Notes under the pieces: model-generated
The model's input: only the letters and a program-made list of their open reading frames with translations
Database searches by the model: none
What the model was told of the DNA's origin: nothing
Made by a program: the position numbers and the translations under genes
In this document: positions 42,639-52,097 of the stretch, one piece after another
How the letters are laid out: every line of letters starts with the position of its first letter
Numbering within the stretch: position 1 is the first letter of the stretch
Origin: Vulcanimicrobiota bacterium
GTDB taxonomy: Bacteria > Vulcanimicrobiota > Vulcanimicrobiia > Vulcanimicrobiales > Vulcanimicrobiaceae
DNA length: 64,000 bases
NCBI GenBank assembly: GCA_963833095.1
Contig: CAWHWQ010000004.1
Location: 192,001 to 256,000, forward strand
Reading direction: 5' to 3'

Positions 42639-44009
42639 TTATCCGACCATCGCGCGCGCATCGTGCGCAGCGGGAACATTCGGATACACGCCCGTCAAAC
42701 AGCCCAGGCACATCTCGTCACGCTCGCGGCCCGTCGCCGTCACGAGGCCGGCGAGCGAGAGATAGCCCAGCGAATCGGCCCCGGTCTTCTCGCGAATCTC
42801 TTCGATCGAGTAATTGGCGGCGATCAATTCGTCGTAGGTCGCCATGTCGACACCGAGGTAGCACGGATGTTTGATCGGGGGCGAGGTAATGCGCAAGTGC
42901 ACTTCTTTTGCACCCGCATCGCGCAACAGCTTGACGATCCGCGGCGTGGTGGTTCCACGCACGATCGAATCGTCGACCACGACCACGCGCTGTCCGCGCA
43001 GATTCTCCACCACCGGGTTGAACTTCAATTGCACGCCGCGCGCGCGCAGGCCCTGATCCGGACTGATGAACGTGCGCCCGATGTAGCGGTTCTTGATCAG
43101 ACCCTCGATATACGGCAGGCCGCTTTCGGTAGCGTAGCCGATGCCGCCGGGCACGGCCGAGTCGGGGATCGCCATCACCACATCGGCGTCGACGGGATGC
43201 TCTTTTGCCAGCGCGCGGCCCATTGCGTAACGCGCCATGTAGATCGAACGACCGTTGAGCGTTGAATCGGGGCGCGCGAAGTAGATGTATTCGAACATGC
43301 ACAACGCTGGATGCGCGCGCTCGTTGACCACGATCGTCGATTCGATGCCCTCGGGCGTGATGCGAACCACTTCGCCGGGTTCGATTTCGCGCACGTATTT
43401 TGCGCCGATGGTCGGCAGCGCGCATGACTCCGATGCGACGGCGTAGCCGCCCTCGTCGAAGATGCCCAGGCACAGCGGACGCACGCCCCACGGATCGCGA
43501 AACGCATACAACTCGTCTTTGGTGCAAAGCACGATCGAGTAGGCGCCGCGCGCGACCGACAGCACGTGTTTGATGCGGTCGAGCATGGTACCGGATGCCT
43601 CGACGATGGTCTTGGCCATCACTTCGGAATCCGAGGTGGCCTGCAGCGTGGTGCTGGGTGAAAGCGATTCGCGCAGGTCGTCCGTGTTGGTGATGTTGCC
43701 GTTGTGCGCAAAGGCGAAGTCGCCGATCTCGGTTGATTCCAGCAGCGGCTGCGCGTTGACCACGATCGAAGATCCGGTGGTGGAATAGCGGGTGTGACCG
43801 ATGGCGATGTAACCGGTCAGCTCGGCGAGCGACTCCTCGTCGAAGATCGCGCCGATGAGGCCCATATCTTTATGCGAACGAATCGTGCCGCCGTCGGCGG
43901 CAGCGATGCCGGCGGACTCTTGTCCCCGGTGCTGCAGGGCGTAAAGCCCAAAGTACGCCAAGCGTGCGGCTTCACGCCCAGGCGCCAGTATCCCCGTAAT
44001 CCCGCACAT
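42639..44009 (-). CDS. purF: Amidophosphoribosyltransferase
   Basis: MCGI, LQHRGQESAG, GHTRYST, EYIYFARPDS, VDDSIVRGTT. Confidence 0.97.
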   Translation of the reverse strand: MCGITGILAPGREAARLAYFGLYALQHRGQESAGIAAADGGTIRSHKDMGLIGAIFDEESLAELTGYIAIGHTRYSTTGSSIVVNAQPLLESTEIGDFAFAHNGNITNTDDLRESLSPSTTLQATSDSEVMAKTIVEASGTMLDRIKHVLSVARGAYSIVLCTKDELYAFRDPWGVRPLCLGIFDEGGYAVASESCALPTIGAKYVREIEPGEVVRITPEGIESTIVVNERAHPALCMFEYIYFARPDSTLNGRSIYMARYAMGRALAKEHPVDADVVMAIPDSAVPGGIGYATESGLPYIEGLIKNRYIGRTFISPDQGLRARGVQLKFNPVVENLRGQRVVVVDDSIVRGTTTPRIVKLLRDAGAKEVHLRITSPPIKHPCYLGVDMATYDELIAANYSIEEIREKTGADSLGYLSLAGLVTATGRERDEMCLGCLTGVYPNVPAAHDARAMVG

Positions 44010-44021
44010 GGTCTGGCCTAG

Positions 44022-44687
44022 CTATTCGCTACGACGGCTGCCCCCACCCATGATCGACAGCAAAGCCAGAAAGATGTTGATCGAGTCGAGATAGATCGAG
44101 ACCGCTATTTGCACGGGAGTCAGGCCGTCGCCGCCCGCGCGAATACGCGCAAAGTCCACAAGCACGATCGCCGTGAAGATGACCAGGATCGCCCACGAAT
44201 AGATCGTCGGCGAGAGGAAGTGCACGAAGAGCGAGATGATTCCGATGACCACCAAAGCGAGCAACGCGCCGAAAATGATCCCCGAGAAACGTCGCAGATC
44301 AAGGCCGGTCGCATACACGATCGCCCCGAGCGCAAACATCCCAAGGCCGGTCGTCAGCGCCGCATTGAACACGACCGCGCTGCCTGCGACGTGCAGGTAG
44401 TAGGTCACGATCGGCGAGATAAAGATGCCTTCGAGAAACGCGAAGAGGTAAAAGATCGCAAGCGACAGCGCGCCGTTTGCCTTCGTCGCGTTCATGACGA
44501 AGAGCAGAATGAACGATCCGAAGAACGCGATCCAGCTCGGCCCCGTGCCGACGTTCGGAAAGAGATAGACGGCAAGCGCGCTGATGCACCAGCCGAGCGC
44601 GGTGATTCCCAGCACCTGCGCAAGAAGCGACTGCGGCTTTACCGTAACGGCCGAGCCGTACGGTGCCGGTTGATATCGATAAGCCAT
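44022..44687 (-). CDS. Bax inhibitor-1/YccA family membrane protein
   Basis: Multiple TM helices, AVSIYLDSINIF; GGAGG RBS. Confidence 0.9.
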   Translation of the reverse strand: MAYRYQPAPYGSAVTVKPQSLLAQVLGITALGWCISALAVYLFPNVGTGPSWIAFFGSFILLFVMNATKANGALSLAIFYLFAFLEGIFISPIVTYYLHVAGSAVVFNAALTTGLGMFALGAIVYATGLDLRRFSGIIFGALLALVVIGIISLFVHFLSPTIYSWAILVIFTAIVLVDFARIRAGGDGLTPVQIAVSIYLDSINIFLALLSIMGGGSRRSE

Positions 44688-44739
44688 GGCTCTTGTAGAT
44701 AACCTCCTTGCGGCCTTCGGGTTACACGTTTACGTCCCC

Positions 44740-44776
44740 GTCACCCTGAGGTGCCCGCGAAGCGGGCCTCGAAGGG
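44740..44776 (+). repeat. REP-like element abutting the SOS promoter
   Basis: GTCACCCTGAGGTGCCCGCGAAGCGGGCCTCGAAGGG. Confidence 0.9.
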
Positions 44777-44777
44777 C

Positions 44778-44806
44778 TTGATACGAACGTATGTTCGTAT
44801 TATACT
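44778..44806 (+). promoter_or_regulatory. Sigma70 promoter with LexA (SOS) box in the spacer
   Basis: TTGATA-N17-TATACT; ATACGAAC-GTAT-GTTCGTAT (CGAAC-N4-GTTCG) at 44781-44800. Confidence 0.9.
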
Positions 44807-44815
44807 GGCGGGAAC

Positions 44816-45703
44816 ATGCGCGGAGTGGAGATCGTCGAGCAGCAGGCCAAGAGCATCCTCAATGCGGTGACCGGCATGCCGTTCCGGTGGTCGATCAACC
44901 CCTATCGGGGCTGCTACCACCAGTGCCGCTTCTGCTACGCCCGCCGTACCCACACCTACCTCGAAGAGGACGGGGTCAACGGCTGGGGCTCCAAGATCTA
45001 CGTGAAGGTCAATGCGGCCGCGGTCGTGCGCACGGAGCTGGCCAAGCGAAGTTGGAAGCGCGAGACGGTGGCGATCGGCACGGTCACCGATCCGTATCAG
45101 CCGCTCGAGGGACGCTACCGGATCACCCGCGGCATCCTCGAGGCGATGCGCGACTACCAGTCGCCGGCGAACCTGATCACCCGCTCACCGCTGGTCGTGC
45201 GCGACATCGACGTACTCCAAGACCTCGCGCGCGCCGCCGGCACGCACATCTCGATCAGCATTTCGACGCTCGATGAGCAACTCGCGCGTGAAATCGAACC
45301 GACCGTTGCGCCGCCGCGCCAGCGTCTGCGCGCAGTACGGATGCTCGCCGACGCCGGTATCGCGGTAAGCGTTGCGCTCGCGCCCGTTCTTCCGCACATC
45401 ACCGATTCGCCCGAATCGATTGACGCGGTCGTGCGCGCCGCGCGCGAAGCCGGCGCCGCCAAAGTCTGGCACAACACGTTGTATTTGCACGACATCACGC
45501 GCGACTCGTTCTTCGCGTATCTTCGCGAGTATAAACCCGAATTGATTGCTCAGTATGCGCAGGAGTATCGCGGAACGTACGCACCGCGCGCCATTGCCGA
45601 TCGAGTCAGCGCCAACGTCCACGAGGCGACCGCGCGCAATCCCGCGCGTGTCACTGCACCGCGCATTCAAACGCAAGCCGCCCTGCAGCTCTCGCTGATC
45701 TAA
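44816..45703 (+). CDS. Radical SAM protein, Rv2578c/SplB-like DNA repair family
   Basis: SINPYRGCYHQCRFCYAR (CxxxCxxC), GTVTDPYQP.E, C-terminal QLSLI. Confidence 0.9.
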   Translation: MRGVEIVEQQAKSILNAVTGMPFRWSINPYRGCYHQCRFCYARRTHTYLEEDGVNGWGSKIYVKVNAAAVVRTELAKRSWKRETVAIGTVTDPYQPLEGRYRITRGILEAMRDYQSPANLITRSPLVVRDIDVLQDLARAAGTHISISISTLDEQLAREIEPTVAPPRQRLRAVRMLADAGIAVSVALAPVLPHITDSPESIDAVVRAAREAGAAKVWHNTLYLHDITRDSFFAYLREYKPELIAQYAQEYRGTYAPRAIADRVSANVHEATARNPARVTAPRIQTQAALQLSLI

Positions 45704-45705
45704 CC

Positions 45706-45764
45706 TTGTCATCCCGAGCGTACGTGGGTGAACGCTATGCGTTCACCCACGTAGTCGAGGGACC
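45706..45764 (+). repeat. REP-like element
   Basis: TTGTCATCCCGAGCGT-ACGTGGGTGAACGCtatGCGTTCACCCACGT-AGTCGAGGGACC. Confidence 0.9.
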
Positions 45765-45767
45765 GCC

Positions 45768-45908
45768 TCAAACCTCTGCGTCGGGTTGACGCCGTCGTCG
45801 CTCGATAGCCTCGAACTGCGCATCGATTCGATCGAAACGAGCCATGAACATCGCCCGAAAGTCGAGCAGAGCGTCGAGAACGTCACGCATGGTCGGTTGA
45901 TCTTCCAT
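45768..45908 (-). CDS. Small coiled-coil-like protein (46 aa)
   Basis: Manual translation MEDQPTMRDVLDALLDFRAMFMARFDRIDAQFEAIERRRRQPDAEV. Confidence 0.5.
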   Translation of the reverse strand: MEDQPTMRDVLDALLDFRAMFMARFDRIDAQFEAIERRRRQPDAEV

Positions 45909-45917
45909 GGGCACAGT

Positions 45918-46292
45918 CTACCGCGCGAACACGAGCAGAATCAACGTAACAAATGTTGTAGCGTGGAGGATCAAATGCTGCGTGTTTGGCGTGACGCGCG
46001 TGCGAGCCGGCCGCGCACGCGCCGGGATGAGATAGGGAATCCACCAGGCCTGGATTTGCCCAAGGAAGAGCGCACCGTAGCTGATCCATAGCCACGCGTA
46101 GAGCCAGCCTGGATACGGTGTATAGCGAAAGAACGCGCTACACAGCAGACCAAAGGCAAATGGCAGCGTTTGGACCGCGGTCACCGTCACCATGTGCCGC
46201 AGCGTCTTTTGCGCGCGAATGTCCATCGCGAGGAGAGCGACTTGCAATCCTTGCAGCGCAAGCAGCAGATCCCGCGCGACCACACCGTTCAT
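45918..46292 (-). CDS. Hypothetical membrane protein
   Basis: Hydrophobic; AWWIPYL and PNTQHLILH motifs; ATG overlaps the purD stop. Confidence 0.7.
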   Translation of the reverse strand: MNGVVARDLLLALQGLQVALLAMDIRAQKTLRHMVTVTAVQTLPFAFGLLCSAFFRYTPYPGWLYAWLWISYGALFLGQIQAWWIPYLIPARARPARTRVTPNTQHLILHATTFVTLILLVFAR

Positions 46293-47575
46293 CAGAACGA
46301 CGCGATGTCGGTGCGAAACGTGAGATCCTTGGTCCCGATGCGGTTGGCGAGTGCGCGTACGGCATCGTAGGCGCGTGCGCGCGCTGCTCCAAGATCGTCG
46401 CCAAGCGCGCTCACGGTGAGCACGCGTCCGCCGTTGCTGCGAACCGCTCCGGAATCGAGCGAACTTGCACCCCAGAACGCCTGCACGCCGTCACCGAGTG
46501 CGACGTCGGGATTGAGTCCCGCAAGCGGTGTGCTCGTTCGCGGATAGTCGCTCGTAGCAAGCACCACGCCGACGCACGCTTGGTCCGAAAGCGATGACAG
46601 GCTTAGGTCCATGGCGCCGTCCGCACACGATTTCAAGAGACCGGCGAAGTCGCCGCGCATGCGCGGCATCAATACTTGCGTTTCGGGATCGCCGAAGCGG
46701 GCGTTGAATTCGATTACCGATGGGCCATCCTTGGTCCACATCAGCCCGCAATAGAGCACGCCGATGTATTGCTCGCTCTCGGCGAGCAAGCCGCGCAGTA
46801 CCGGCGCAAGAATCGCTTCGCGCACTCGATCGAAGAGATCGTCGGGAAAGCCGTGCGGCGGTGAGTAGGCGCCCATGCCGCCGGTGTTTGGACCGGTGTC
46901 GCCGTCGCCCGCGCGTTTGTAGTCGCACGCTGCGGCCAGCGGCACCATAGCTCGCCCATCCGCGAGAGCAAAGACGCTCACTTCGCGCCCTTCGAGCCGC
47001 TCTTCGAGCAACACGTCGCTGCCGCCGCCGGGAATCTTATTCTTGCCGTACCAGTCGGCGAGCACCGCGCGCGCTTCACCGACGGTGTCGCATACGACCA
47101 CGCCTTTACCCGCGGCGAGTCCATCGGCTTTGACGACGACTCCGGTGCCGCTCCAATCCTCGAGCGCCGTATTGGCGGCTTGGAGTGAGTGCACGATCGC
47201 GGCCTTTGCCGTCGGCACGCCGTGGCGCTGCATGAAGCGCTTCGAAAACGTCTTGCTCGATTCGAGCCGGCCGCCCGAACGATTCGGACCAAAGACCGGC
47301 ACGCCCGCATCGCGCAACCGGTCTCCGACGCCGGCGGCGATTGCCGATTCGGGCCCGAGCACCACGAGATCGATTTTCTCGGCGAAGACGCGCTCGAGAA
47401 GCGCTTTGCCGTCGGTTGCCCCGATGTCCCAATTTTGCGCGCGCGAGGCGGTGCCGGCGTTGCCCGGCGCAACGAAGAGCGCCTCGCATGACGGCGACTG
47501 CGCGAGTTTCCACGACAGCGCATCTTCGCGCGCGCCGTTGCCTACGACGAGAATTCTCATCTTACTCCCACTCAA
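46292..47575 (-). CDS. purD: Phosphoribosylamine--glycine ligase
   Basis: GNGARE, APGNAG, LESSK, KADGLAAGKGV, GPNTGGMG, EFNARFGDPETQ, GGRVL. Confidence 0.97.
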   Translation of the reverse strand: MSGSKMRILVVGNGAREDALSWKLAQSPSCEALFVAPGNAGTASRAQNWDIGATDGKALLERVFAEKIDLVVLGPESAIAAGVGDRLRDAGVPVFGPNRSGGRLESSKTFSKRFMQRHGVPTAKAAIVHSLQAANTALEDWSGTGVVVKADGLAAGKGVVVCDTVGEARAVLADWYGKNKIPGGGSDVLLEERLEGREVSVFALADGRAMVPLAAACDYKRAGDGDTGPNTGGMGAYSPPHGFPDDLFDRVREAILAPVLRGLLAESEQYIGVLYCGLMWTKDGPSVIEFNARFGDPETQVLMPRMRGDFAGLLKSCADGAMDLSLSSLSDQACVGVVLATSDYPRTSTPLAGLNPDVALGDGVQAFWGASSLDSGAVRSNGGRVLTVSALGDDLGAARARAYDAVRALANRIGTKDLTFRTDIASF

Positions 47576-49106
47576 CCGTTGCGGGCGGCTTGGAGGTAAT
47601 GTCGTAGGCGACGCGATTGACGCCCTGCACTTCGTTGACGATGCGCGTCGAGATCCGTTCGAGCAGTTCGTGCGGCAGACGCGCCCAGTCGGCGGTCATT
47701 CCGTCTTCGCTGGTGATCGCGCGCACCGCAACCAGGTTGGCGTAGGTGCGTCCGTCGCCCATCACGCCGACGCTGCGCACTGGGGTCAGCACGGCGAAGT
47801 ACTGCCAGGGATGCGGGTCCAGGCCTTTGGCGTTATCGATCTCGTCGCGCACGATCGCGTCGGCGTCGCGCACGATCTCCAAGCGATCCGGCGTAATGTC
47901 GCCGATGATCCGCACCGCGAGGCCTGGCCCAGGAAACGGCTGACGTTGCACGATGTGCTCGGGCAGACCCAGCACGCGACCGAGCGCGCGCACTTCATCT
48001 TTGAACAACGCGCGCAGTGGTTCGATCAGCGAAAAATCCATCTCTTCGGGCAGACCGCCGACGTTGTGATGCGATTTGATCTTGTGTCCAGCCTTGCTGT
48101 CCGGCGTTTTGGATTCGATCACGTCGGGATAGAGCGTCCCTTGCACGAGATATTTCACGCCCGGAATCTTTTTTGCTTCTTCTTCGAACACGGCGATGAA
48201 CTCGTGACCGATGATGATGCGCTTGCGTTCGGGATCTTCGACACCGGCAAGCTTGGTCAAAAATCGTTCGCGCGCGTCGATCGCGATAACCGAAAGGTGC
48301 ATTACGTCGCGAAACGCAGCCAGCACCGATTGCGCTTCGCCCTTGCGCAGCAGACCATGATCGACGAAGACGCAGGTGAGCTGCTCGCCGATCGCGCGCG
48401 AGACCAGCGTTGCGGCGACGGCCGAATCGACGCCGCCCGAGAGCGCGCAGATGACCTTGTCGCGCCCGACCTTTGCGCGAATCTCCTCGATCGCGCGATC
48501 GACGAACGACTCCATCTTCCAATCGTCGGCCAGCCCCGCAATCCGATGCAAGAAGTTGGCAAGGATCGTCGTTCCGGCTTTGGTGTGCACCACTTCGGGG
48601 TGAAATTGCACGCCATAGATCTTGCGCTGCGCATCGCCCATCGCGGCGACGTTGCAGCGCGGCGTCGATCCAAGCGCTGAAAAGCCCCGCGGAAGTTTGA
48701 CCACCGAATCACCGTGCGACATCCACACGCGCGATTGCTCGGGCACGGCCTGCCAGAACGGCGAATTATGCTCCACGATCGTCAGCGTTGCCGGACCGTA
48801 TTCAGCGTGATCGAGTTTGACCAGTTCCGCGCCGAGATGGCGCGCAACCAGTTGCATGCCGTAGCAAATGCCCAAAAGCGGTAGCCCGCTCTGCAAGATC
48901 GCCGGATCGAAATCGGGTGCGCCGTCAACCAGTGTGCTTTCCGGGCCGCCCGACAGAATGATCGCCGCGGGATTGCGCGGCGCAAGCGTCGTCCACGCGA
49001 CGTCGTAGGGAACGATCTCGCAGTACACGCCCAGTTCGCGCGTCCGGCGCGCGATCAGCTGGCTATACTGCGCGCCGAAGTCGAGGATAAAAACCGTGGG
49101 GGGCAT
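47562..49106 (-). CDS. guaA: GMP synthase (glutamine-hydrolysing)
   Basis: DFGAQYSQLI, GICYGMQ, QFHPEV, LSGGVDS, IKSHHNVGGLP, KPPATVEWE. Confidence 0.97.
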   Translation of the reverse strand: MPPTVFILDFGAQYSQLIARRTRELGVYCEIVPYDVAWTTLAPRNPAAIILSGGPESTLVDGAPDFDPAILQSGLPLLGICYGMQLVARHLGAELVKLDHAEYGPATLTIVEHNSPFWQAVPEQSRVWMSHGDSVVKLPRGFSALGSTPRCNVAAMGDAQRKIYGVQFHPEVVHTKAGTTILANFLHRIAGLADDWKMESFVDRAIEEIRAKVGRDKVICALSGGVDSAVAATLVSRAIGEQLTCVFVDHGLLRKGEAQSVLAAFRDVMHLSVIAIDARERFLTKLAGVEDPERKRIIIGHEFIAVFEEEAKKIPGVKYLVQGTLYPDVIESKTPDSKAGHKIKSHHNVGGLPEEMDFSLIEPLRALFKDEVRALGRVLGLPEHIVQRQPFPGPGLAVRIIGDITPDRLEIVRDADAIVRDEIDNAKGLDPHPWQYFAVLTPVRSVGVMGDGRTYANLVAVRAITSEDGMTADWARLPHELLERISTRIVNEVQGVNRVAYDITSKPPATVEWE

Positions 49107-49169
49107 CGACCGCCCATTCGGCTCGAATTAGCCGGTCCCTAGCCTGTCGTGCCCCCCAAAAGCCTCGAG

Positions 49170-49706
49170 TTATTTTGCCGCCGCTTGGGCAGCCTTGATG
49201 ACCGCATCGTAGTTGGGCTCGTGACTAATGTCGGGCACCATCTCGACATACGTCAGTTTCTTGTCCTTGCCGATGATGAAGATCGAGCGCATCAGCAGGC
49301 TGTTCTCTTTGATTCGCACACCGTAGGCGTAGCCGAAACTATGATCCCGGTAGTCCGAGAGATTTTCCAGCGTGACGCCCTCGGCACCGCACCAGCGCAC
49401 CATAGCAAAGGGCAGATCGAGACTCACGATGTACGGCTTCACGCCCTCGGGCAGTTCGCCCAAGCGCTTGTTGAAGGTGCGGGATTCAATCGCGCACGTC
49501 GGCGTATCGAGCGAGGGAACCACGATCAAAAGCGCCGCGCGTTTGCCATGATCGGTGAGATCGTCGAGGGTCAGAACCGACATATTGGTCGCGGTGAGGT
49601 GCACCTCAGGAGCCTGGTCACCGGCTTTGAGTTCTGGGCCCAGCAGCGTGAGGGGGTTGCCGCGCGCGGTAACGACGCCGGCGCGCTCGATGGTTTGTGT
49701 GGCCAT
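49170..49706 (-). CDS. tpx: Thiol peroxidase
   Basis: VPSLDTPTC, SLDLPFA..RWC, EPNYD. Confidence 0.95.
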   Translation of the reverse strand: MATQTIERAGVVTARGNPLTLLGPELKAGDQAPEVHLTATNMSVLTLDDLTDHGKRAALLIVVPSLDTPTCAIESRTFNKRLGELPEGVKPYIVSLDLPFAMVRWCGAEGVTLENLSDYRDHSFGYAYGVRIKENSLLMRSIFIIGKDKKLTYVEMVPDISHEPNYDAVIKAAQAAAK

Positions 49707-49744
49707 TTCTACCTCCGAAGGCGATTACGTGAGAGACTAGTACA

Positions 49745-50329
49745 ATGCATCGTCATTCGCATACCGGCGCCAAGCAGCCGCACATCTTCTCCCATGAGAA
49801 GGCCGATTGGCTGGACGAGCCGCAGCGCGAAGGATGGCTACCCACCCCGACGCTGTTGGACCTGCTCGAGGTTGCGCCTGGGATGCGCGTTTTGGATTTT
49901 GGTGCCGGAACCGGTCGCTATGCGCTGGCACTCGCGGAGCAGTATACACAGACCCGCGTAGTCGCCTTGGACATCCAGCCTGAGTTCCTCGCTATCATTA
50001 CCCAGCGGATCGCCGAGCACAATCTTGCGAACATTCGCGCCACCGATCGCATCGACGGACGATTCGACCGAATTTTTGCTTTAAACGTTCTGCATGAGAT
50101 CGGTGACGACGATCTGCGGGTCATCCGCGGGGCCTTGCGGCCGGGCGCCTTTGCGTTGTTCGTGGATTGGAACGCGACGATCAACCGTCCCACCGGACCG
50201 CCGCGCGAACATGCGCACGCGCCGGGTGAAGCGCGCGAGCGCCTGCGCGCTGCCGGCTTCGCCAGTACAAAACACATAGAGGAGCCGAAGCTCCCCTATC
50301 ATTTTGTCTTCCGCGCCAGTTTGTTATAA
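49745..50329 (+). CDS. Class I SAM-dependent methyltransferase
   Basis: VLDFGAGTG, ALDIQPE, NVLHEI, GPP. Confidence 0.88.
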   Translation: MHRHSHTGAKQPHIFSHEKADWLDEPQREGWLPTPTLLDLLEVAPGMRVLDFGAGTGRYALALAEQYTQTRVVALDIQPEFLAIITQRIAEHNLANIRATDRIDGRFDRIFALNVLHEIGDDDLRVIRGALRPGAFALFVDWNATINRPTGPPREHAHAPGEARERLRAAGFASTKHIEEPKLPYHFVFRASLL

Positions 50330-51003
50330 CGCTTTATCACGCGGGCGCATTGCGGCCAGAATCTGTGCACCCGCGACGGCGGCTCGGCATCATCGTAGCG
50401 GCGAAAGCTCATGTCTCCGTCCGCAAAAATTCCCCGCGCCGGCAGCGGTCGTATGAAACGATAGGCGACGTCCGCGTCCGGCACGCCCAGCGTGTTCGTG
50501 AGCCGCGATAGACCCTCATCGGCATTGGGGTCGAATGCAGCAGTGACCGCAAACGACCATGTGTACGGTTTGGCCGGGCCCCACAGCGTTGCAACATTTG
50601 GCGGAACCGTCACCGCAAGCTCAACGTCGGCAACGCGGCGCTCGGGGTCGAACGCGTAGGTGCCGTCGTACATACCGCCCGCCATGTCGAACCCGTAGGC
50701 GACCCCGCGGTCAAGCGTGAGCGTGCACCAACCCGGAAGTCCTAAAGACGAATAGCTCATCAGAAACACGCCATCGCGCATAATAACCCCTCGACCCTTC
50801 GCCCGCCCAATCTCTAGCTGGCGGCCATACTCGGACAACTGTGCAAAGAGCCTTGTGTAGGCCTCGGCTGGTCCAGGTATGTCCGATCCTCCCTCGGCTA
50901 GCCAAGATGAAACGGAACGCAGAGAAGCGCCAACCATCTTTGCGAAGTCGTCCTGCGAGAGCTGGTACCGCTTCAGGAAGTCGCGCAATTCTGCGTGTTT
51001 CAT
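50299..51003 (-). CDS. XRE-type HTH fused to a GrlR-like beta-barrel domain
   Basis: LSQDDFAKMVGASLRSVSSW..IPGP HTH; MRDGVF..YGFD..GGMYDGTY. Confidence 0.65.
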   Translation of the reverse strand: MKHAELRDFLKRYQLSQDDFAKMVGASLRSVSSWLAEGGSDIPGPAEAYTRLFAQLSEYGRQLEIGRAKGRGVIMRDGVFLMSYSSLGLPGWCTLTLDRGVAYGFDMAGGMYDGTYAFDPERRVADVELAVTVPPNVATLWGPAKPYTWSFAVTAAFDPNADEGLSRLTNTLGVPDADVAYRFIRPLPARGIFADGDMSFRRYDDAEPPSRVHRFWPQCARVIKRYNKLARKTK

Positions 51004-51053
51004 ATGCAACTATTGTGCGCCTCTAACACGCAGACTGTCAAGGGGCTTCCACA

Positions 51054-51090
51054 ACAAAAAAGAGCCCGCACGGATGTGCGAGCCCTTTTC
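51054..51090 (-). terminator. Intrinsic terminator after the zinc-ribbon gene
   Basis: Imperfect GC-rich hairpin with T-run on the minus strand (AAAAAA on +). Confidence 0.65.
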
Positions 51091-51109
51091 CGTTTGCGTT
51101 TCTAAGCGC

Positions 51110-51439
51110 TTAGCGGTACGACGGACGCGATTGGAAACAATCGCGGCAGTAGACCGGTTTGTCGCCGCGCGGTTGGAACGGCACTTCGGCCACACCGCCG
51201 CACTGGCTGCAGGTTGCGCGGAACATTTCGCGCTGGCCACCGCCACCGCCATTGCCGCCGCCGCCGGTACGACCGGCACCACCGCGGCCACCGCCGGCTG
51301 CCTTACGGGCTGCACGACAATCGGGGCAACGGTTGGGCTTGTTGGCAAAGCCCTTCATGGCGAAAAACTCTTGCTCGCCGGCCGAAAACGTGAACTGGCG
51401 CGAACAATCAACGCAGTTCAAATATTCATCTTGATACAT
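51110..51439 (-). CDS. Zinc-ribbon / CxxC-x17-CxxC domain protein
   Basis: CVDC..FTFSAGEQEFF..PNRCPDC, Gly-rich linker, CSQCG..VPFQP..PVYCRDCF. Confidence 0.92.
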   Translation of the reverse strand: MYQDEYLNCVDCSRQFTFSAGEQEFFAMKGFANKPNRCPDCRAARKAAGGGRGGAGRTGGGGNGGGGGQREMFRATCSQCGGVAEVPFQPRGDKPVYCRDCFQSRPSYR

Positions 51440-51620
51440 TGGTAAACGAGGACTCCTTGGACTTACTGGTAGCTATTTGTTCTCGGAATCGACTCGTTTA
51501 GCCCAATCAATGGGAACCAGACCGCGAAACCTAGACGCCTGTAGCCTACCATGTCCAGGCTGAAACCACAACCTTCCCTGCGGCAAGTGTCGCAGGTACC
51601 GAGCGAGAAGAGGCCGGGCA

Positions 51621-52085
51621 ATGGAAGCACACGATCGGCTCACTACCGCCGAGCTATTGGCCTTGCTCGAGATCCCGACCGACGGCCGGATATTGGCCTT
51701 CGGCTCCTCGAGCGCGGTCCACGCGCTCGAAATTGCAGCGGCTCGCCCCGACGTGCTGATCGTGGTGTGCGATATCGAGTCGGAAACGACCACCGAAGTC
51801 TCCGAACGCGCCGTCGCCGAGCGGCTCGAAAACCTGGTGGTGGGTGATACGCCCGCCGGTCCCTTGGTCGACCGCGCACTCTGCATCGACAGCCTTGCGA
51901 CGATGCAACCCGCGCATCTGGTCACCATTCGCACCGCGATGCTGCCGGGCGGATACGCCGTGTTCGTCGAGTCCACCGAGCCGCCGCCCGAACCGCTCAC
52001 CGAGAAACTGCACGGCGTGGGTTACGCCGTCGCCGACGCGCTCGACGGTGCGCTGGCCGGCTCAACCGTCATCCGCGCCAGGTAA
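51621..52085 (+). CDS. Degenerate methyltransferase-like protein
   Basis: RILAFGSSS, VCDI, LPGG resemble a class I MTase core lacking the GxG motif. Confidence 0.55.
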   Translation: MEAHDRLTTAELLALLEIPTDGRILAFGSSSAVHALEIAAARPDVLIVVCDIESETTTEVSERAVAERLENLVVGDTPAGPLVDRALCIDSLATMQPAHLVTIRTAMLPGGYAVFVESTEPPPEPLTEKLHGVGYAVADALDGALAGSTVIRAR

Positions 52086-52097
52086 GAACGCCAGTTC

